Shown here: one piece after another, positions 37,185 to 50,279 of the stretch
How the letters are laid out: every line of letters begins with the position of its first letter
How positions within the stretch are numbered: the stretch's first letter is position 1
Source of the DNA: Octopus vulgaris
Lineage: Eukaryota
Direction of reading: 5' to 3'
Assembly (NCBI GenBank): GCA_951406725.2
Contig: OX597814.1
Location: forward strand, 207,266,001 to 207,330,000
Length of the DNA stretch: 64,000 bases
The notes under the pieces: generated by a model
What the model was told of the DNA's origin: nothing
Database searches by the model: none
What the model saw: the letters and a program-made list of their open reading frames with translations, nothing else
Program-made: the position numbers and the translations under genes

Positions 37185-40100
37185 CATACACACACATATA
37201 TACACTCAAATACACACACAATGGGCTTCTTTCAATTTACACCTATTTCCACTTACAAAGTTTTGATTGGCCTGAGGCTACAGTAGAAGACACTTGCTCA
37301 AGGTGCTATATAGTGGGACTGAACCTGGAACAATGTGGTTGGAAATCAAACATCTTTTCATGCAGCCATACCTGTGCATATATATATATGAATGTCAGCA
37401 CCTTGTATCTGGAAATTTCATCTCTAAGTTATAGGCTTGGGCAAGGTTTTTTTTTAAGAAGACTAGCAGTTACCTATGCATGCAAGTCTCTTCTCTCCAT
37501 ACCTACAACATCAAAGAGAAAGGTAAACCTAAAACTACTTGACATTAGTGTTGTTGCAGACATAACTGACAGAACACACAGCCTGAATGAATACAATAAA
37601 GCATCTCATCCAACACTCTTACTGTTCCACCACTCTGTAACCCTGGACTAGGTATTTTATTTTATCAACCCTTTAAGGAGAAACGGCAAAGTTGATTTCA
37701 CTGAAATTTGATCTCAGAGTGTTGGAATAAATACAAATTATTTTATCTGGTGCTCTAAAAATTCTGCCAATTTATCTCCATTTGTTCAGTTAACATCTGT
37801 TTTTCTATGCTAGCACATGAACAGGGGCTTCATCTGAAGCAGGATTTTATGGCTGAACCTTCTGCTAGTCACCAACCCTTTCTTGCTTTTCAAGTAAAAG
37901 ACTTCACAGCTTTTTGAAGTTGTAGAACAAATGGGACATAATGTCAATAAGGAATGTAAATTACATTCACTGTTTTTTGCTCAAGCAAAGCTGTGGGATG
38001 TAAATTCCCACCACACACACTTACACATGCACACATATGACAGGCTTCCTACAGTTTCTGTCTGTCAAATTCAATTGCAAACATTGGTTGGTCTAGGGCT
38101 ATAGTAAAAGACACTCGCTCAAAAGGCTGTACTGTGACACTGAACCTGATAACATGTTGCTACAAAGTGAATTCTTTAACTACATAGCTATACCTGTGTA
38201 GACACACACATACACACATGCTTTTGTGTATTGTTTTAAAAATAGGGGATCTTTAAGCCAGTTGTCTTTTCTACTGCTATCTATTGTAAAAAAGTAAAAA
38301 TATTAATAATAGTAAGTCTTTCTACAAGGCCTGAAATTTGTTGGGAGGAAGCTACTCCATTACATCAACCCCATTGCTCAGCTGGTACTTATTTTATCAA
38401 TCCCCAAAAGGATGGAAGGCAAAGTTGACTTCAGTAGAATTTGAACTCGGAATGAAATGATGTACAAAATGCCACTAATCATTTTATCCAGCATGCTAAC
38501 AATTTTGTCAGCTCACCACTTTAATGATAATGATGATATTAATTATAATTCTATTATAGGCACAAGGCCTGAAATTTTGAAGGGAGACTGCTAGTCAATT
38601 ACTATGACCCAGTGCTTGATTAATCATTAAGCAAAATAAGCATGTGCTTAGGGCATCGGGGGAAGTGGGGGGGGACACCACAGAAATGGTAAATGGTTTA
38701 TGGTACAAAAAAATCACTTTAAATTTGCTAGAATGATATGTGGGATGCTTTATCTCTACTAAATATAGAAGCAGATGAGTTATGTTAGATTAATTTTCAG
38801 GAGCTGATTAAAGACTGCAATTATAAAAAAATGTAGGAGGAAACTTTTCGAATATAAATAAAGTGGAAGTATGCAAAAATAAACATTATTTTCCCTCTTA
38901 CTATTTTGTTTTGTTTCATTTTTATAAAAATTCATTTTGGTTTATTATTGCTTATATTTTGAATTCCCTATATATGGGGGCACCAATATCTTCCAAGCGC
39001 ATAGGGCCTCAATGGGTCTTAACTCAACTCTGCTATGACCCCTAGTGCTCGATTGGTACCTATTTTATCAACTCCAAAAGGATAAAAAGGCTAAGATGAC
39101 CTACCACGGCAGAATTTGAACCCAGAGCATAAAGATGCATGAAATGCTTCTTAGAATTCTGCCAACTCTCCACCTGCCCATCCAACCACTCCTGAGCACC
39201 CATAGCAGAACCTTCCACTATCCCTCATGTTCCTACCCACACACTCTCTTTGCCCTCACTTATCTACCATACCCACCTTCCAGGCACTCCCTCTGTACCC
39301 CATGCTACAGTCACTTCTTCCCCCTTCTTTAAACATCTCCCCTCACATTCTTATAGAACATTCCCCTCTACCCCCTCTGTATCACTTATACTCCCCCTCC
39401 TTCACTGTTCCTCCATCTACCCCCCTTGGAGCCTGGTGCAGCCATCTGGTTCGCCAGTACTCAGTCAAATCGTCCAACCCATGCCAGCATGGAAAGCGGA
39501 CGTTAAACGATGATGATAATGATGTTGATATATATCTTTCCTCTCCTCTCCTTTCTTTTCCTACTGGGGTAGCCATGTATCTCCTCTATAGTTAAACCCT
39601 TCAACTGGCACATCTCTGTCAGTTCTCCTTCCTCTCCCAATTCAGAGGTTTTTATCTTGTAAATTTCTCGGTGGCCTCACAGGTTTTAGTGCCACATAAC
39701 AAGCACCCAGTACACTCTGTAAAATGGTTGAGATTAGGAAGCCTTAGAAACCACGCCGAAGAAGGCAATGGAACCTGGTACAGCTTGCCTAGTTCTTGTC
39801 AAACTATCCAACTCATGCTTACATGGAAGATGTAAATGTTAAATGATGATGATGATGGTTGAGTAAAAATTCTTATGGTTAAGAATTCAGTTAAGTCTTT
39901 GAAAATCTTTTAGATTTATTTCAAATATTCTCTTGAATATCAGGCATTTGAATTGCAACATGACAAGAATTTCAGAGAGTATTTCCATAGTACATCTTGG
40001 AAAATATGAATAAATTAGTTTTTTTCACAGATTTGGTGCTCTATGATATTATCATCATCATTGTTAACTACACATGTCTTGCAATTCTTGTACATGTTTA

Positions 40101-41058
40101 ATGCATTGATGCTTATCAGCAACATGCAGTCCAGTTCTGCAGTAATAGCATAGCTAATTTGAAGCTTGTTACTTGGTTACAGAAACTGAAAAAAAGGAAA
40201 AACACAGATAATTTCATTTACATATGAATAGCGTTGCATAACTGAAATCCCATAGTCTGATATCGATTTCATTTATGCTTTTGTTATTGTTATTAACTTT
40301 GGATCTGACATTTAGTTACATATCTTCATGCTCTGGGTTCAAATCTTACCTAGTCTTGATTTTTGCCTCTTATTCCCTCTCTAGTTCTTAACCCTTTCAT
40401 TACCAGCCCGGCTGAAACTGGCTCTGGTTCTGAGTACAAATGTCTTGTTTTCATAAGTTTTGGATTAAAATCTTCCACCAAACCTTAGTCACAATTTATG
40501 TTCCTAACACTATCTGAATGATAACTAAGTTATTTTACTAAATTCTTTGTTATATTTAAAGCAATTGGAAGAAACACAGAGCATCTCAAAATAAATACAG
40601 TAACGAAAGGGTTAAAATATATACACTGATATGTTGAAGTTCATTTAGGGAATTTCACTTCTTCCATTAATATTATTACTAAGCTGGGGAGAATCATTAG
40701 CATGCCAGATAAAATGTTTTGCCATGTTTCTACCAGCTCTTGACATTTAAATACCACCAAAGTCAACTTTGCCATTCATGCAGGGTAAGAATAAGTACAA
40801 GTGAAGAACTGAGCTGGATGTTATCAATCAACCCCTGTCCATAAACCATAAGAAAGTGGCAAAATAGCAGAACTGTTAGCATGCCAGGCAAAATGTTTAG
40901 TGCCATTTCTTCTGTCTTTACGTTCGGAGCTCAAATTCCACTGATCATTTTTGCATTTTAGAATCGATAAAATAAGTACCAGTCATGTACTAGGGTTGCT
41001 GTTATCAACTCACCCTCACCTTCAAAAACTGCAGGCCCTGTACCAAAATTTGAAGCCA

Positions 41059-41105
<47 letters not shown>

Positions 41106-41856
41106 CAAGGCAGCAAGCTGGGGAGAATCATAAGCATGCCAGACAAAATGGTTTGCAGTATTTCTTCTGACTCATTACTTTCTTAGCTCAAATCTTGCTT
41201 GGATCAGCTTTGTCTTTCAAGGTTGATAAAATAAGTATCAATTCAGCACTGGGATTGATATAAAAGTACCATTCAAATTCTGGATCCCATGGTATCACCT
41301 AACCCACTTCCCTTCAAAATTGCTAACCTTGTATCTAAATTAGATATAATTAAGAATTTGCTATAGCAGAAGCAACAGTGTTTTTCAGCTGTTTCAACAC
41401 TTTACATTCCAAGTTCTAATTCTGCTCATGCTGACTTGTCCATCCACCTGAAGTACATGTAAAACTAACCCACCAAAAAGTTGGCCTTATGTTTAATTAA
41501 AATAAATTATTTGTATTGTTTAAGATGGGTCTGTCTGACATATTCCTCTTGTTAATTCTCTACAAAGCTTCTTTATTTTTTGTCAGCCGATGTCTACAGC
41601 AAAAAAAACTGTAGACAGTGAAGTGGGGTAAATATTTAAACAGAATGAACTGCACTAAAGGTACCCAAAAGCTAGGTGGCATTATTAATCTAGCCATCAT
41701 GTAAAGCATACTATGCAAATTATGTGTATTATATGACAATTATAATTGGTGATTTTTTTTTTTTGCAGTGTGGTATGTCATTTAATGACTGACATTTAAT
41801 GAAGTTATCAATTGTATATCAATGTTTGTTTATTTTCCTTTGTGTCCCATTGTTAG

Positions 41857-42000
41857 ATTAAAGTACAAGGTTCCAATGATGAAATGCTTCACACTGCGTG
41901 TGAACTATTCCTTGGCAAAAATGAAAATGAGATCGAGAAGGTTGCAAAAGAGACACTTGAAGGTCACCAGCGTGCCATAATGGGAAACATGACTGTTGAG
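41857..42000 (+). CDS. FLOT1: Flotillin-1 exon C (144 nt): [48 protein letters not shown]
   Basis: Acceptor ttgttAG, donor GTtggt. Contains the flotillin-1 signature [15 protein letters not shown]. Confidence 0.96.
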
Positions 42001-42738
42001 GTTGGTAAACATTTTACAGCAAAATTCAATATTTGCATACATGTTCACATTTAGAAATACTAGTCTACTTAGACACTGAGATGCAGGGACAAAAGCGTAC
42101 TTGGATAAGTGTGGAGCTTATTAAGCTACTCTGAATTATTTTCTATGCTGACAATTTTATCTGGTTTCTATGGATATATTGATCAGTTATCAAGAAGTTG
42201 AGATATTAAAGTATGAAGTATGTAAACATACACGCATCAGCAGCCTTATGAGCAAGAATATTATTTGTGTTTTATATTGCAATTGATGGACAATAGTATT
42301 GGTTACATTTGTCAAAAATGTAGTGAACCTGTGATTAGCCAATAGATCAATCACTGGCTCACTACCTTTTTGTGGAAAATAGCAATGGAATTGTCTAACT
42401 CAGCAGAATGAATCACACATCTGACTGCACTTGGTTTTCAATTACCTTACCAATGTTTTTGCCTTTCTCTAACACATACACATACATAAGGCTAGCTTCT
42501 GCATATTTTCCTTCTACTAAATTCTATCGAGGCATTGGCCACTCTCAAGGCTCTGGCAAAAAGGCACTCCCACAGGATTCTACACAGGACAAAATCCAGG
42601 TTGTGAAATGGCCTTATATATACATATCATACCCATGTCCAGCTTTACTACTCTTACTTTAGAAATAAAGGTTTTCTGTTTGTATCGAGTTTGGTACTAA
42701 ATATGTGCCAAGAATAAAATATTTGATAAAAGCAAAAT

Positions 42739-43110
42739 GGCAATTTTGAGAAGGACCGAGAGAGCAATGTGCAGTGTAAAATTATTGGATAAAAGGAGGG
42801 ATGAAGACTTGATGGGGATGCTGGGGTTGAAGGAATTGGTGGAACAGCTGGCAAGGGCAAATGGAATGCAGTGGTAGGTACATGTGTTGAGGAGGGATGA
42901 GGATCATGTTCTGAGGTGAGTGCTTAAGTTTAAAGTTGAATGAACTGCAAAAGTGAGGTCGACCAAAGAAAACGTGGAGGAGGAGATTGGGAGGGTTGGC
43001 TTGAAGAGAGAAGATGCCAAAAACTGGGTGAGGTGGTATGAGAGCAGTTGCTGTAAGAGTGAGGTAGATCCGGTCACCCCTGTTAATGGGAACAAACCTG
43101 GATTTAAAAT
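42739..43110 (+). mobile_element. RTE LINE 3' fragment; its first 120 bp recur at 43231-43350
   Basis: Remnant ILRRTERAMCSVKLLD..EDLMGMLGL..W..HVLRR..GRPKKTW. Confidence 0.7.
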
Positions 43111-43820
43111 ATTGGAAATGCAATGAAAATATTTCGCATTTAATGATTAGGTGGTTAAAAGTTGCCTAGTAGACAGACTTATTTATAAGGTATTTAGATG
43201 TTTTAAGTTCATGCATTTTTTGCTTATACAGGCAATCTTGAGAAGGACCAAGAGAGCAATGTGCAGTGTAAAATTATTGGATAAAAAGAGGGTGGAAGAC
43301 TTGATGGGGATGCTGGGGTTGAAGGAATTGGTGGAACAGCTGGCAAGGGCTTTTGATTTTACTTCAGTATAAAATATGAAATTGATAACTCTAAGGTGGT
43401 TTTTTTATAAACCATAATTGAAAATGTAGTAGTTGAATGTTCAAACTGGAAAAAAAACTAATATTTGAAGCATTGACATTGTTTTATATTCCAATCTTTT
43501 CCATGCTTGCATGGGTCAGATGGAATCCATTGATGCAGACTATCTATGGCTGGATGTCCTTCCTGCCACCAACCTTCACCCGTTTCCAAGGAAACCGAAA
43601 ACTAACAACTCTGCTTGATTAATGGTGATGCTTGTTTATGACCATCATGAAATGTAAAGACAATGGCACATGCATGTGCACACACGCATACACTTATATG
43701 ATGGGCTTCTTTCAGTTTCCTTCTACCAAATTCAGTCACAGAGCTTAGGTTGGTTTGGAGCTATAGTGATAGATACTTACCCAAGATGCCATTCAGTAGG
43801 ATTGAACACAAAACCGTATA

Positions 43821-44231
43821 GGCGCAGGAGTGGCTGTGTGGTAAGTAGCTTGCTAACCAGCCACATGGTTCCGGGTTCAGTCCCACTGCATGGCATCTTG
43901 GGCAAGTGTCTTCTGCTATAGCCCCGGGCTGACCAATGCCTTGTGAGTGGATTTGGTAGACGGAAACTGAAAGAAGCCTGTCATATATATGTGTATATAT
44001 ATGTATGTGTGTGTATGTGTTTGTGTGTCTGTGTTTGTATCCCTAGCATTGCTTGACAACCGATGCTGGTGTGTTTATGTCACCGTTACTTAGCGGTTCG
44101 GCAAAAAGAGACCGATAGAATAAGTACTGGGCTTACAAAAAAATAAGTCCCAGGGTCGAGTTGCTCGATTGAAGGCGGTGCTCCAGCATGGCCGCAGTCA
44201 AATGACTGAAACAAGTAAAAGAGTAAAGAGT
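43821..44231 (+). mobile_element. Young SINE family 1 copy nested in an older antisense copy of the same family
   Basis: Complete head-to-tail copy. The flanks at about 43690-43820 and 44232-44260 continue a decayed reverse-complement head. Confidence 0.85.
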
Positions 44232-45663
44232 TGTGAAACAAACTTAACCGCACAGCCAAAATGAAAAACTTAAGGATTGTTTTTAGCGGATTTTAAGTTC
44301 AGTTTTGTTTCATGTAAAATTTGTAATGTTAAACTGGAGGTGGAAGAAAATTGTAACTGTCATTTTTGAGTTGTTAATTTATGTAAGTGAACAGATATAT
44401 TGTGGCAATTTTATTTAATGCAGCCTGTTGAGGAAGATTGAAAGAAAAAAATAGATAGAATCACCATTTTATCTTTTGATAATCGAAAGTTTGTATCATG
44501 GGATGTTTATTTCTTCTATGTTATCATAATAGTTACCATGGTAATGTAAAATAAAAAAAAAAAAAAAAAAAAAGCAGCTTTGAGTATCTGTAAGGAACAC
44601 AATGATTACGGATAGCTTGGCTTTTGCAGCAACTCTCTCGCTCTCTCGTTGTCTGTCTTCATTGTTATTGCAGGTTACTATAGAAATTCAGCAGCTAGCT
44701 GTACACAAGTTATAATCTCTTAGGTTCTCTATATGCAGCAGCGCTGCTGATAGTAGGAAGAGGAGGAGGACTGAAAATCGCTTCCATCAGCCCCCCCCCC
44801 CCCCCCCGTAAGCCTGCCTAGTAAATAAGCAGCAGCAGCAGTGTACTAGTTAGTAGTCTAGGTCATTTGATCTAGCTAGCCACAATTCTTCTGAATCAAT
44901 AGATGCCTGTAAAAAGTGCTTGCAGTTTCGCCTATAAATGTGAATGAATATTTATGATGCTTGACAATTCTAATTTCTGCTTATTTCCTCGACCCTCGTC
45001 TCTTAGCAACATTCAAGGCATTTTTCTGCAATTCCTCATTAATTCCTTGTTAATGCTTCTATAATTACATTCTGTACGTACATGGGTGTGTACACAAGAC
45101 TTGCATTTTTTAAAATTCTTCGGTCCATGGGATGTTGCAATGTTGGATATCTTATTCCAAGTATACAGCACTGATGATGTATAAGCATCATCCTCCCACT
45201 TCTAATCCCTTACATACTCAAAGATCTATGTCTAAGAAACCAATAATAAGAGGAACATTGACCCTGACTCTCTCTCTCTCTCCCCCTCACTCACTCACTC
45301 TCTCCCTCTCAATCTGACATGCTACTGTCAAAACACAGGTCATAAGTAATTTTTTAATGTCTATTCACGCTTAATTTAGTTTGTTGGAATTATGAAGGCA
45401 CCAAATAAACTGGCAAATTCTGAGTTAAGTCCTATCAGGTTTAGCTTCAGCTTATACATCTCCAGGCTGGTTGTTTTAGTTGTTTAACTTCATCAGACTA
45501 GACTCAGTGGACTCATGACCAAAGCTGCTTTCATCATGATCATTCTATCTTTTTGTCTATCGGGGCCCACATTATCCAATGTATTCTTCTTTTTAAGACA
45601 GTAGAATGTCAGTTGAGGGAGATTTGGCTATTATTTCTACCAAGTCTAATGATCTTGTGGAGA

Positions 45664-45826
45664 GACGCAGGAGTGGCTGTGTGGTAAGTAGCTTGCTAAC
45701 CAACCACATGGTTCTGGGTTCAGTCCCACTGCGTGGCACCTTGGGCAAGTGTCTTCTGCTATAGCCCCGGGCCGACCAATGCCTTGTGAGTGGATTTGGT
45801 AGACGGTAACTGAAAGAAGCCCGTTG

Positions 45827-45857
<31 letters not shown>

Positions 45858-46078
45858 ATGTTTGTGTGTCTGTGTTTGTTCCCCTAGCATTGCTTGACAA
45901 CCGATGCTGGTGTGTTTACGCCCCCGTTACTTAGCGGTTCGGCAAAAGAGACCGATAGAATAAGTACTGGGCTTACAAAAGAATAAGTCCTGGGGTCGAG
46001 TTGCTCGATTAAAGGCGGTGCTCCAGCATGGCTGCAGTCAAATGACTGAAACAAGTATAAGAGTAAAAAGAGAGAGAG
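45664..46078 (+). mobile_element. SINE family 1 copy
   Basis: Near identical to 43821-44231. Confidence 0.9.
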
Positions 46079-46240
46079 AGTTACTCATTAATTCACTCAT
46101 TCCTCCAGAGCTGATGAAATACCAGTTATATAATCTAGTCTACTCAATTATTTCCGTATTGTACAAAAAACAAAAATTATCCTCATGATTTGTCAGAAGG
46201 AATCAATACTTTGATCTGTTATGTTTGTTTCTCATTTCAG

Positions 46241-46360
46241 GAAATCTATAAGGATCGCAAGAAGTTTTCCAAAGCTGTGTTTGAAGTTGCCTCTTCGGAT
46301 TTAGTCAATATGGGGATCTATGTTGTTAGCTATACATTAAAGGACATTAGAGATGATGAG
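46241..46360 (+). CDS. FLOT1: Flotillin-1 exon D (120 nt): [40 protein letters not shown]
   Basis: Acceptor ctcatttcAG, donor GTaagc. [21 protein letters not shown] is typical of flotillin-1 rather than flotillin-2. Confidence 0.97.
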
Positions 46361-49300
46361 GTAAGCCTATCTGATGATAGACATCTCTGTCTGTAATATA
46401 TGATAATTGAACATCAATATTTTATTTGTGTTTTCATTTATGATTCATAACATTAATGTCCTCTGGGAAATTTTATTGTTTTTGTTTTTCTTTTAGGTAG
46501 TAACATGTCTACAGCATCCATCAGCATTTTCTGCATCTGAATTCGTCTGCTGTTTGCCAATTATAACACATTCAATTACTATTGCCTAAAGATGTAGTTT
46601 TTGCAATAGTTTTAAGTGAATGAGTCAAATTAACATTGTTGACTTTGTTAGAGCTTAAATGTCACAATGGTAAAAAAAAAATTCTATACTGTAAGATACA
46701 TCCATTGGAGTCTTTTAGTAGTTGTTAAGCTTTTGTAAGTTGATGGTTTTTAGTCTCATAATTATTACCGTTTAATTTATGCTTGTTTTTCTATGCCAGC
46801 GTGGTTTGGCTGAGCTATTATCCAAATCAATTCTTGTTTGGAGTTACTACTCTCCTAGATTGGAAGGGTATATATCACTTGCTTAAGTTACATTTCTAAC
46901 ATCCTAGCTTCTTGGTCACCCTCAACAACTGAGCATTTAGTTCAAAATTTGCTACGGTTGACGTATTGGGGAAAGATGGTGATAAAAGAAATGGGATGAT
47001 TGAAGAGAAAATAGTGAGAGAAAATGATAGCTAGCAATGAAGACAAGTGAAAGTAAATGAGAGAGAGAGAAAGGGATGTCAATTGAGAGAATTAAGAGAT
47101 GAATAGAGAAGAATAATGGCTAGAAATAAAAATGGATTCTTGTAATTATAGAATTGATTGAATGCAGATCCAATGTGTTGCCATTTCCCATTACACAAAC
47201 AGTGAAATGGGAGAAAGAGATATTGATAGAAGCAAGCGACGAATGGGAATGATAGAGTATTGAAGAGAGAGGAGAAGAGTGATTGTAGCAAAAATGGTTA
47301 GTGTCAAGGAGACTGACATATGAACATTAAAGACCCAAAAATAGATTCTGTACATCCCAACTTCCATTATTTTGACGATATTCATTTTGCCATCTTTGCA
47401 TGGATTGAACAGATCAGCTCCAGCACAGTGCGTCACCATTTCTCGTGATCCATTGCAATCTTCTTTATGAAACTCAGTCTCTTGAAATTTTCTCCCCCGC
47501 ACTTCTCCACATATCTTCTTAGGTCTCTCCCTTCTACAGGTTCCATTCACTTAGAAGGGCTCAAGCAGTGGTTTGAGTGCTGGTGTCACATAAAAGGCAC
47601 TGGTAATGGTGCCACGTAAAAAGCACCCAGTGAACTCTAATGTGGTTGGCATTAGGAAGGGCATCTAGCTGTAGAAACCAAACCAAAACAGATTATGGAA
47701 TCTGTTGCGATCCCTGACCTTGCCAGTTCCTGTTAAGCCATCTAACCCATGCCAGCATGGAAAACATATTAAGTGGCTGTTTGGTAAGTAGCTTGCTTAC
47801 CAGCCACATGGTTCCGGGTTCAGTCCCACTGCGTAGCACCTTGGGCATGTGACTTCTACTGTAGCCTCGGGCCGACTATAGCCTTTTCCGTCCAACCCGT
47901 GCCAGCGCGGAAAACAGACGTTAAACGATGATGATGATGTTAATGATGGACTCACATCCTCTATATGTATCCCATACCTGTGCCAGTGCTGGATTCTCTC
48001 TTGCACACCAACATTTCACATCCAACAGAGCATGTTGCATTCATTTCTTTCCAGCTTTCACAAATTCTTCACATTCAAAGCCTATGTCTCATTACTATGT
48101 GACATTAGACTTCACACCCAAGCATCATACAATTTGCCCTTCATTCGAAAAGAGAAATCTTTCATTGACATCAGAGGTAATAGTTTACTGAACTTTTTCA
48201 TCCACTTCTGGGGGCTATGGTTTAAAAACACCCAGCCCCATTATTAATTAAATGTGAATAATGCTTGACCTGGTGAAAGAGGGCAACGCTAGACAGACTG
48301 ACTTGAAAGGTACCCTTGAGTCAGTGATAGTCTGTTGCAATTTCATCACCTAATACCTCTTGTTTAGCTTGATATTTGTTGCAGGGGATGGTCCTGAAGC
48401 TAAAGTACATGGATCAAACCCTGACAAATTAAGCTCCACTATAAACAGATACTACATTATTGGTATTTTGTCCTGAAATTTCCTTCAAGAATGAGAAATT
48501 GAAAGACTTATTCATGGGAAACAAACCATTCCAATACACATGCATGTGCCACAAGCATAACTGTTAACAAGTTCACATTGTGGCCACATGTTTCTAGGGT
48601 CAATCCACTATGCAACACCTTCAGCAGATATTTTCTACCAAAGTCCTAAGGTTGTTATGGATGAAATTTGGTAGCTGGAAACTTATATATACTTATGTAT
48701 TCATATTGATTCTTAATCGAAATCGATAAAAAATCAATGGAAATTGTTGTTGTGATGCCAGTGCCGGTGGCACGTAAAAAGCACCATCCAAACGTGGCCG
48801 TTGCCAGCTCCTTCTCGACTGGCTTCCGTGCTGGTGGCATTTAAAAAGCACTAACCGATCATGGCCGTTGCCAGCGCCCTCTTGCCTGGCACCTGTGCCG
48901 GTGGAATGTAAAAAGCACCCACTACACTTACGGAGTGGTTGGCGTTAGGAAGGGCATCCAGCTGTAGAAACTCTGCCAGATCAGACTGGAGCCTGGTGCA
49001 GCCTCCTGGCTTCCCAGACCCCGGTCGAACCGTCCAACCCATGCCAGCATGGAAAATGGATGTTAAACGATGATGATGTATATATCGTCGTCATTTTACA
49101 TCTATTTTTCTGAGCTTTCATTAATTTGATGGGTCTTCTTCTGTACAGTGGTTCACTACCTACTGCAATCCTTTGTCACCTCTTTCATGAGGTTCAACCT
49201 CCTCAGGTTATTTTTTACTAATTCTTCCTGTGCTTTCCTTGGTGCATAGTTGGAGTAGTTGCTGCTGCATTCAGTCTGGTGTTGTGGGTTCATTGTTAAC

Positions 49301-49855
49301 ACGGGAGGAAAAGTATGTTACCAGGCTACCTGAAACAATCCAGCATGCTATGGGAACAATCAGCTGCTTGGCACCTCCCTCCGAAGAGTGATCTTGTTGG
49401 AAGATACTGTAATCATGATCGCTAGTCAATATCCGATGAAGAGTCTCTCATAGTGCAAGCTGTATGTACAAAACAAATAAACATGTGTGTGTGATCATTT
49501 AACATCCATCTTCCTTGTTGGTACAGGTTTCACAGGATCCTGTGAGTTAAAAAAACTGTATCAAACTCCTGTGTCTGTTTTGGCATGGCTTCTATCATTG
49601 GTTGCCCTTCCTAGAAATCATGCCAAAACAACATTGGTGTTCAATGTAGTCATCCATATGTGTGTGTCATTATCTCTAGCACAATCTCATCCTTTATTGC
49701 TGTTCTTTATCGCCTTCTTGGTGAAATTCGACCTCTTGAGGTCATGTTTCACCACTAACTCCCATTTCTTTGTTATACATCACGTCTGCACCAGCTCAGT
49801 CATATCTTTAGCACACATCTGATTGCTCTTACACTTATCTTTTCTCTCAGCTCGT

Positions 49856-50064
49856 CTCTTTACTCTTTACTCTTTTACTTGTTTCAGTCATTTGACTGCG
49901 GCCATGCTGGAGCACCGCCTTTAGTCGAGCAAATCAACCCCGGGACTTATTCTTTGTAAGCCCAGTACTTATTCTATCGGTCTCTTTTGCCGAACTGCTA
50001 AGTGACAGTTGTCAAGCAATGCTAGGGGGACAAACACAGACACACAAACATATACACACACACA

Positions 50065-50106
<42 letters not shown>

Positions 50107-50279
50107 CACATATATACGACAGGCTTCTTTCAGTTTCCGTCTACCAAATCCACTCACAAGGCATTGGTCGGCCCAGGGCTATAGCAGAAGACACTTGCCC
50201 AAGATGCCACGCAGTGGGACTGAACCTGAAACCATGTGGTTAGTTAGCAAGCTACTTACCACACAGCCACTCCTGCGCC
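49856..50279 (-). mobile_element. SINE family 1 copy
   Basis: Reverse complement of the family consensus with a small internal deletion. Confidence 0.9.
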
